DNA of 64,000 nucleotides from Harriotta raleighana (taxonomy: Eukaryota): assembly GCA_050575255.1 (NCBI GenBank), contig JBNZDD010013726.1, positions 620,001 to 684,000 of the forward strand, written 5' to 3'. Within the stretch, counting starts at the first letter, position 1, and every line of letters begins with the position of its first letter. The notes under the pieces are model-generated. The model did no database searches and was not told where the DNA came from. It saw only the letters and a program-made list of their open reading frames with translations. Shown here piece after piece: positions 58,836-64,000 of the stretch. A program made the translations under genes and the position numbers.

Positions 58836-61788
58836 TATTATTTTGTTTTCTTTGGTTAACTTGGTGGCTGACCATCCCAAAATCTAGAACTATGCACAAC
58901 ACTATCCAAACTACTAAGAGTAGCACATATTCCTGAGAATCCTGAGCGTGGACTCTTTGCCTATTTCCCACTTTGCGATCATATGCTTTCTACTTCCCCA
59001 AGCACTTAAGTAGATTTTTCAGAAATTTTCATCCACAAATGGAAATGTTTTCCCAAACTATGATAAGAGCCTTATTGTATTCCAGGCCACTGATCTCACT
59101 GAATTGCTGCACCATAATCTAAGGGGTGGTGGGGGAGTATATAAGTAAGGTGTCCTTGGGAAAACGTTGACTTCAAGGTGAAAAGCCTGGCAATCAAATA
59201 TTGGAAGAAAATTGATCTTCTGCGACAAATTTGGTATTCCCGTTCCTAAACAGATAGATTTGCGGATTCAGACCAGCCATTTTAGTGAATTTAAGTCAGG
59301 TCATTCTTCTCACTTGCTTCATGTTATCCCTGAAAGCTGAAGCCATACTGGGTAGTGTGGTCTTATCCGGACAAGTAACAACAACTTGCATTATACAGTA
59401 GCAGGAAGCTTGCAGTGTTTGTAACGGCAAATTACAGTATGTGGATTTAGCAGTGACCTTACACACATTCTAGAGAGCCTTGTCTTATTACTATAATGAT
59501 ATGCCATATTTGGATTTTCCCCGTGTACATGCAAATTCTAAATACTGTACATTAATGTTCCAACAGTGTAAATTGCTCATTATGTAAAAATACTGTATGA
59601 CAAGTGTTATGTTGCATTAAATAACAATCAGATAACATTTGCTAGAAGTTACTTTAAAGGATTGGTGAAACCCAGGAGATTAAGAATTAAATTTGAAATG
59701 TTTCTAAAGCTTTAACTGACAAGTAATTAGCAGAGGGTCATGTTTTGAAGGCCCGAGCTGAGGAAAGGGGGCACTAAAACTAAACTGAGCTGTGATTTTG
59801 CATGGAAAGGTCAAAGGTCTTCTGGAGAAGGATTAAAGTAAATCTACAGCAGCTAAGAGTCAGTTTGTGCTTTTCATACTTCCCAAATCATTATACTGAA
59901 CCGTAATATTTGCCATGTTGCACAGTTGAAATGCAGTACGGCAATTTTAAAATACTACTCAATTAACCAATTCAGATATCACTTTGTTATATATTGTACC
60001 AACACACTAATTTATATGAAATCATTATTTTGGGTTCCAAAAATGTTCTGAGCAGCATCAGATTGAACTGATATTGACTCCAGGCTTCAGTGCTTTTGCC
60101 CTTTGTGGGACCAATCACTCGAACCCCTGTTATTTTCAACTCAAAATGAAATTACTAAATAAAACTGAATCAAAGTAAAGCAGTCACCCCATGACAAATT
60201 CATTGGTCCAAAACCAAACACTGATAGCTATTGATCTGTAGCTGCATTGTGAATTTAAGTCAGGTTCTAAGGTCCACTTCTAATGCGTAGAAGGGCTGGT
60301 TAACAAGGTTGGCTAGACTAAATAAAATCCAGAGAGAATTTCAATTCACACACAGAAGTCTGGAGGACATTGAGATCCATCTGTCTTATATCTGAGAACT
60401 TTGATGCATGTCAACTTTAAGCACTTTGTCTGAAGGAAATTGGCACTTGTCAAACAAAGCAATTAGACTGTAGGCTTGTTCTCATGTTATAGAACTCTAC
60501 AGTATATGGTTATTCTGCACATCTGACTACGGTATTTTATGTATGCTTCCAAAGGTCCCCACCAGATTAAAAAGTAGCAACATTGAACAAAACTACCAAT
60601 TTGAAAACCCATGGGAAATTAAACCTTTTGCAAGCTCCTTTAAGGTTGCTTTCAGTAGCTTTGTTACAAATAGTTACCATACAATCCTAAAGTTTTATCC
60701 CAATACAATTCAGTTCACAGCTGAGACACTGGGGATGTGCAGGAATCCATGAATTAAATATATTTGGGGTGAGCACAATTTCCAATATAAAAGTCCCAAA
60801 CTTTTTCCAAAGAAAAGTGGATACTTTTTCTTTACAATATCTTTTCTTACCTTTTTTTTTACAATATTCCAGGAAGTAGCATGCTTCAGTTTACAGCTTC
60901 ATTGTCAGTGCAACTATAAAGCATGGACTAATTGTTTCTGCTGATTAGTAAACTTCACATTTCAAACTTTTTTTGAGCAATGTCATGCATAGTCCCTTAA
61001 CAGTTACCCACTTTGAGATTCTACTTAAAGGACACATAGAAGAGCTTCCAAGAGATTCAAACAATACAAATTCTGGCTCATAATTCATTTGCCCACTTCT
61101 AGGGCACCCACTGCTGTCAGAGGATTTCATCTAAGGAAATCCTCCAACAATGGTAAAGAACATCTGTAACCAAACCAAATAAATTAGTCGGGAAGTCTGT
61201 TGATGTGTAAATTGCAGGGTATCTTTATTTGTGTGTCGTGATATAGTGTTGTTGAGACTCACAATCATTGGAACAGGTTTGGTATAGGACTGTACTTGGT
61301 TTGTCAGCTGAGGTTTGCTATATTATTATTAGATATCAATTTCTGAATCACTGGCACAAATTCTGTGAGTGGTGATTTGAACAGGAAATTACTGGACCCC
61401 TACCTAACTTGGTCAGAACAAGGGAGTAGTTTCAGGCCTTTGGAAAGCTCTAGGTTTAACCCAGAACAACTGGGTGGGTCGGGGACAGTGGCAAACTATT
61501 TTTAAATGTTGAAAACTATCTTCCCGTTCTTAAAACTCCCATCATCCATTTTGGAAAATGGAAACAACTTTATATGCAAAAAATATTTTTGTTCGTTTTG
61601 GAAAATTAAAAGAAAAGTTTCAATTATAAACCAAGTTTCAAATCTAAGTACAAACATAAATATGAGAGGCAACAGTTTAAAAATGTTTTTATCATTGGAG
61701 GATTACTATAACATTAATATCGGTGTCACAGTAGGATGAAAAAAAATCAAAACTGACTGGTAATGTGGATATTCTTTGAAGTAATCTG

Positions 61789-62097
61789 TGGTGTCCTGTA
61801 GCTCAGTGGTTAGAGTACTCACCTTACAACCGAGGGACCTGGATTCAATTCCAGGCAGGATGAAACCTTGGACGAGCTTCCTTACTCCACACGCCTAATA
61901 ATAATCCCTCAAAAAAAAAAAAAATTGGTATCTTCAATCCACGTCTGTTTGTGGGACACTGCTGTGCGCAATTGGCTGCCATGTTTCACCCACAAATGTA
62001 CAGTGAATTCACTTTACAGTACACTTTGAGAAGCACTTTGAGACATCCAGAAGACGTGAAAAGCACCATATCAAATGCATGGATTATTATTATTATT
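61789..62097 (+). mobile_element. full-length tRNA-headed SINE, same family
   Basis: TGGTGTCCTGTAGCTCAGTGGTTAGAG ... GTGGGACACTGCTGTGCGCAATTGGCTGCC ... AAATGCATGGA(TTA)n. Confidence 0.88.
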
Positions 62098-62389
62098 CAT
62101 TTAATGTATAAAAAAATGTACTTTTACAACTTCTCATAACCTCCGAACGAGAAGCAATTTAGCACAGTGAAATTATGCCGTGGTGAATGAATTTGAGAAT
62201 GGGAAGATCAGAAATAATTTGCATTGGCCAATTCTTTGTTTTTTCTCTTTTCCATCAATTAATTCTAAATATGTACACCAAAATAATCTATTTATAATTG
62301 CCATTACTAAATATAATACCCACTGGATTAGATACATCTCTAATTCTCACCTATAAAATACTTGATAAAACCCTTTTTTTTTCTCCCTA

Positions 62390-62515
62390 CCCCGACCCCT
62401 CCCCCACTGCTCTGGTCCCTATTTTGGACGTTGTTGTATTCTGTGAAGCACTTTGAGATGTCGATAAAATGTGGAAAACACTGTGTATAAATGTAAGGAT
62501 TATTATTTATTATTA
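62390..62515 (+). mobile_element. 3' fragment of the same SINE variant
   Basis: Shares CGACCCCTCCCCCACTGCTCTGG and the CGATAAAATGTGGAAA tail variant with 49905-50313. Confidence 0.72.
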
Positions 62516-62861
62516 GTGAAAAATATTTGGGGACAAATTTCACTTGGGTCTGGATTTACTTTATTTATGTAATATTTCAGAACATTTTGGCAAATTGTTG
62601 AATTTAGTCTTAACTTTAGTCCATTTTCTGTCTTCCTCAAAAAATCCAAATTATACGGCTTCAAAATGATGGCTATATTTAAGAGCTTGCCAAATTCTGG
62701 ATGCCTTAAAATGTTATATAAAAAATAAATACAGACTCAGGTGGAATTTCTCTCCAAATACATCATATGCCTTTATACAGTATTCTGTCTTTGAACAAAC
62801 AAAACAACACTTGGCCAGCAATGAAAGCACATAACCAACCAAGATTCAAAGCAACACTTAC

Positions 62862-62919
62862 CTTTATTTTCAGTATTCAATAATTTCACTTGAGAAAACA
62901 CTTCAGAATTGATAATCAG
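62862..62919 (-). other. candidate cryptic/alternative exon (58 nt, phase 0-1) in GBF1 intron 3
   Basis: Acceptor ttcttctatgctgtaattgcag|CTG and consensus donor AAG|gtaagt. Reads open as LIINSEVFSQVKLLNTENK in the frame that joins exon 4. Confidence 0.25.
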
Positions 62920-64000
62920 CTGCAATTACAGCATAGAAGAAGTCTTTCAAACATCAAGATTGTGAATTACTGCTATGGCCCAGTAACCACTGATCATGTC
63001 TGACTGCTTTACTCCCAATGTCCATTGCGTAATTAACCAACCCTTTGTGTCAGCCGTGATCACACATAGCAAGCTCGTGTTATTTTCAACTAATCAATCT
63101 TTCGGAAAACAACTAAGTCACTGTGCAAGAATCAATCTTCAGCAACAAGCTTGAAATGGCTCTATTGGATTGAATGATTTGTTTGACATTTGGAGTAGTC
63201 ATTAATGCTTAAAAGATGATCTTCTTTTTCTTATTATCCTTGCAGTCATTAAAGCAACCGCACAAAACTGTCCGTGAGACTACCTTGGTTACTCTTCTGA
63301 GTGACCTTGTTCTGTCTCAATAATGTGGTCATTTGCTGGATAAACCATAATCAAACCTGACCTAAAAGTGACAACACAGCACAAACTTCAACTAGATAAA
63401 CACCAGCTGTTTAATCAGACCCGTCTCCCATCAATACAATCTTTATCCAGAGTCTCAAGTCACTGAATAGCAGTCACAACTTCAGTTCCAACAACTCTGC
63501 AATATAAATGGCATTCAGGCTACAAACATAAGTAACATATGATTATCAGTCATTACGAGAGCTAGCTAAATTAATAATTTTAAAAAGCCTATGTTGAAAA
63601 TAACATTCAAATAAATAATTGAATGATATTTACCACTCATTTAGTAGTCTATAACAAAATTTATTCCAACTGATAATTCTAGTACTTTAATCCATACAAA
63701 TATAAACTATTTTCAAGGCTTTCCATGTCCAAATATTGTTTATGTTACTTCATGTTTATGTTGTCCAAATGCAGCAGCAGCCACATTGGTTGTTAAAATG
63801 TACAGGATGAATGTAGCTGCATTTCAAAGTTGTGGAAGTAAGCATATTAACCATTCTGCATCATTAAGTCATTAAAAGGCTGCATTTGTACACGAACATT
63901 TGTAAACACTGCTTTTCTGAACTTATTCACATTAACAATGAGTCTGCATCAGCTGATGTAGCAGTTAGTCCAGACAGAAATGTTTCTGGTTTCCATTATT

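Noticed and set aside
1-64000. CRISPR arrays, operons, intact transposase or RT genes, rRNA, nested protein-coding genes, snoRNAs
   Set aside because: No regularly spaced repeat-spacer array and no long non-GBF1 ORF with a recognisable domain. I could not support any rRNA or snoRNA by eye; an Infernal/Rfam scan is needed to exclude small RNAs.

Overview
This is eukaryotic, AT-rich, CpG-poor vertebrate DNA with no prokaryotic features. The whole window lies inside one minus-strand gene, GBF1 (Golgi brefeldin A-resistant Arf guanine-nucleotide exchange factor 1). I read 30 consecutive coding exons by hand, from 53175 down to 1383. They correspond to about exons 4-33 in human numbering (recalled). 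All have GT-AG boundaries, the phases are consistent throughout, and they total 4421 nt (about 1474 codons), covering most of DCB, HUS, Sec7, HDS1 and HDS2. The start codon lies beyond the right edge and the 3' exons beyond the left edge. The introns carry a young tRNA-headed DeuSINE-type SINE, older SacSINE1-like copies, CR1 and L2 LINE 3' ends, and at least three families of TA-flanked pogo/Tigger-like MITEs. This repeat spectrum points to a cartilaginous fish, possibly a chimaera (inference). The most interesting points are: two in-frame candidate micro-exons in intron 8 (36 and 24 nt); a 58-nt candidate exon with exon-3-like phases; two MITE insertions at the same site of the SINE; a ~105-nt nested fold-back packed with ETS motifs; and inverted repeat pairs flanking exons. 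I found no convincing wholly new biological system. Most ORFs in the supplied track that are not GBF1 exons are artefacts.
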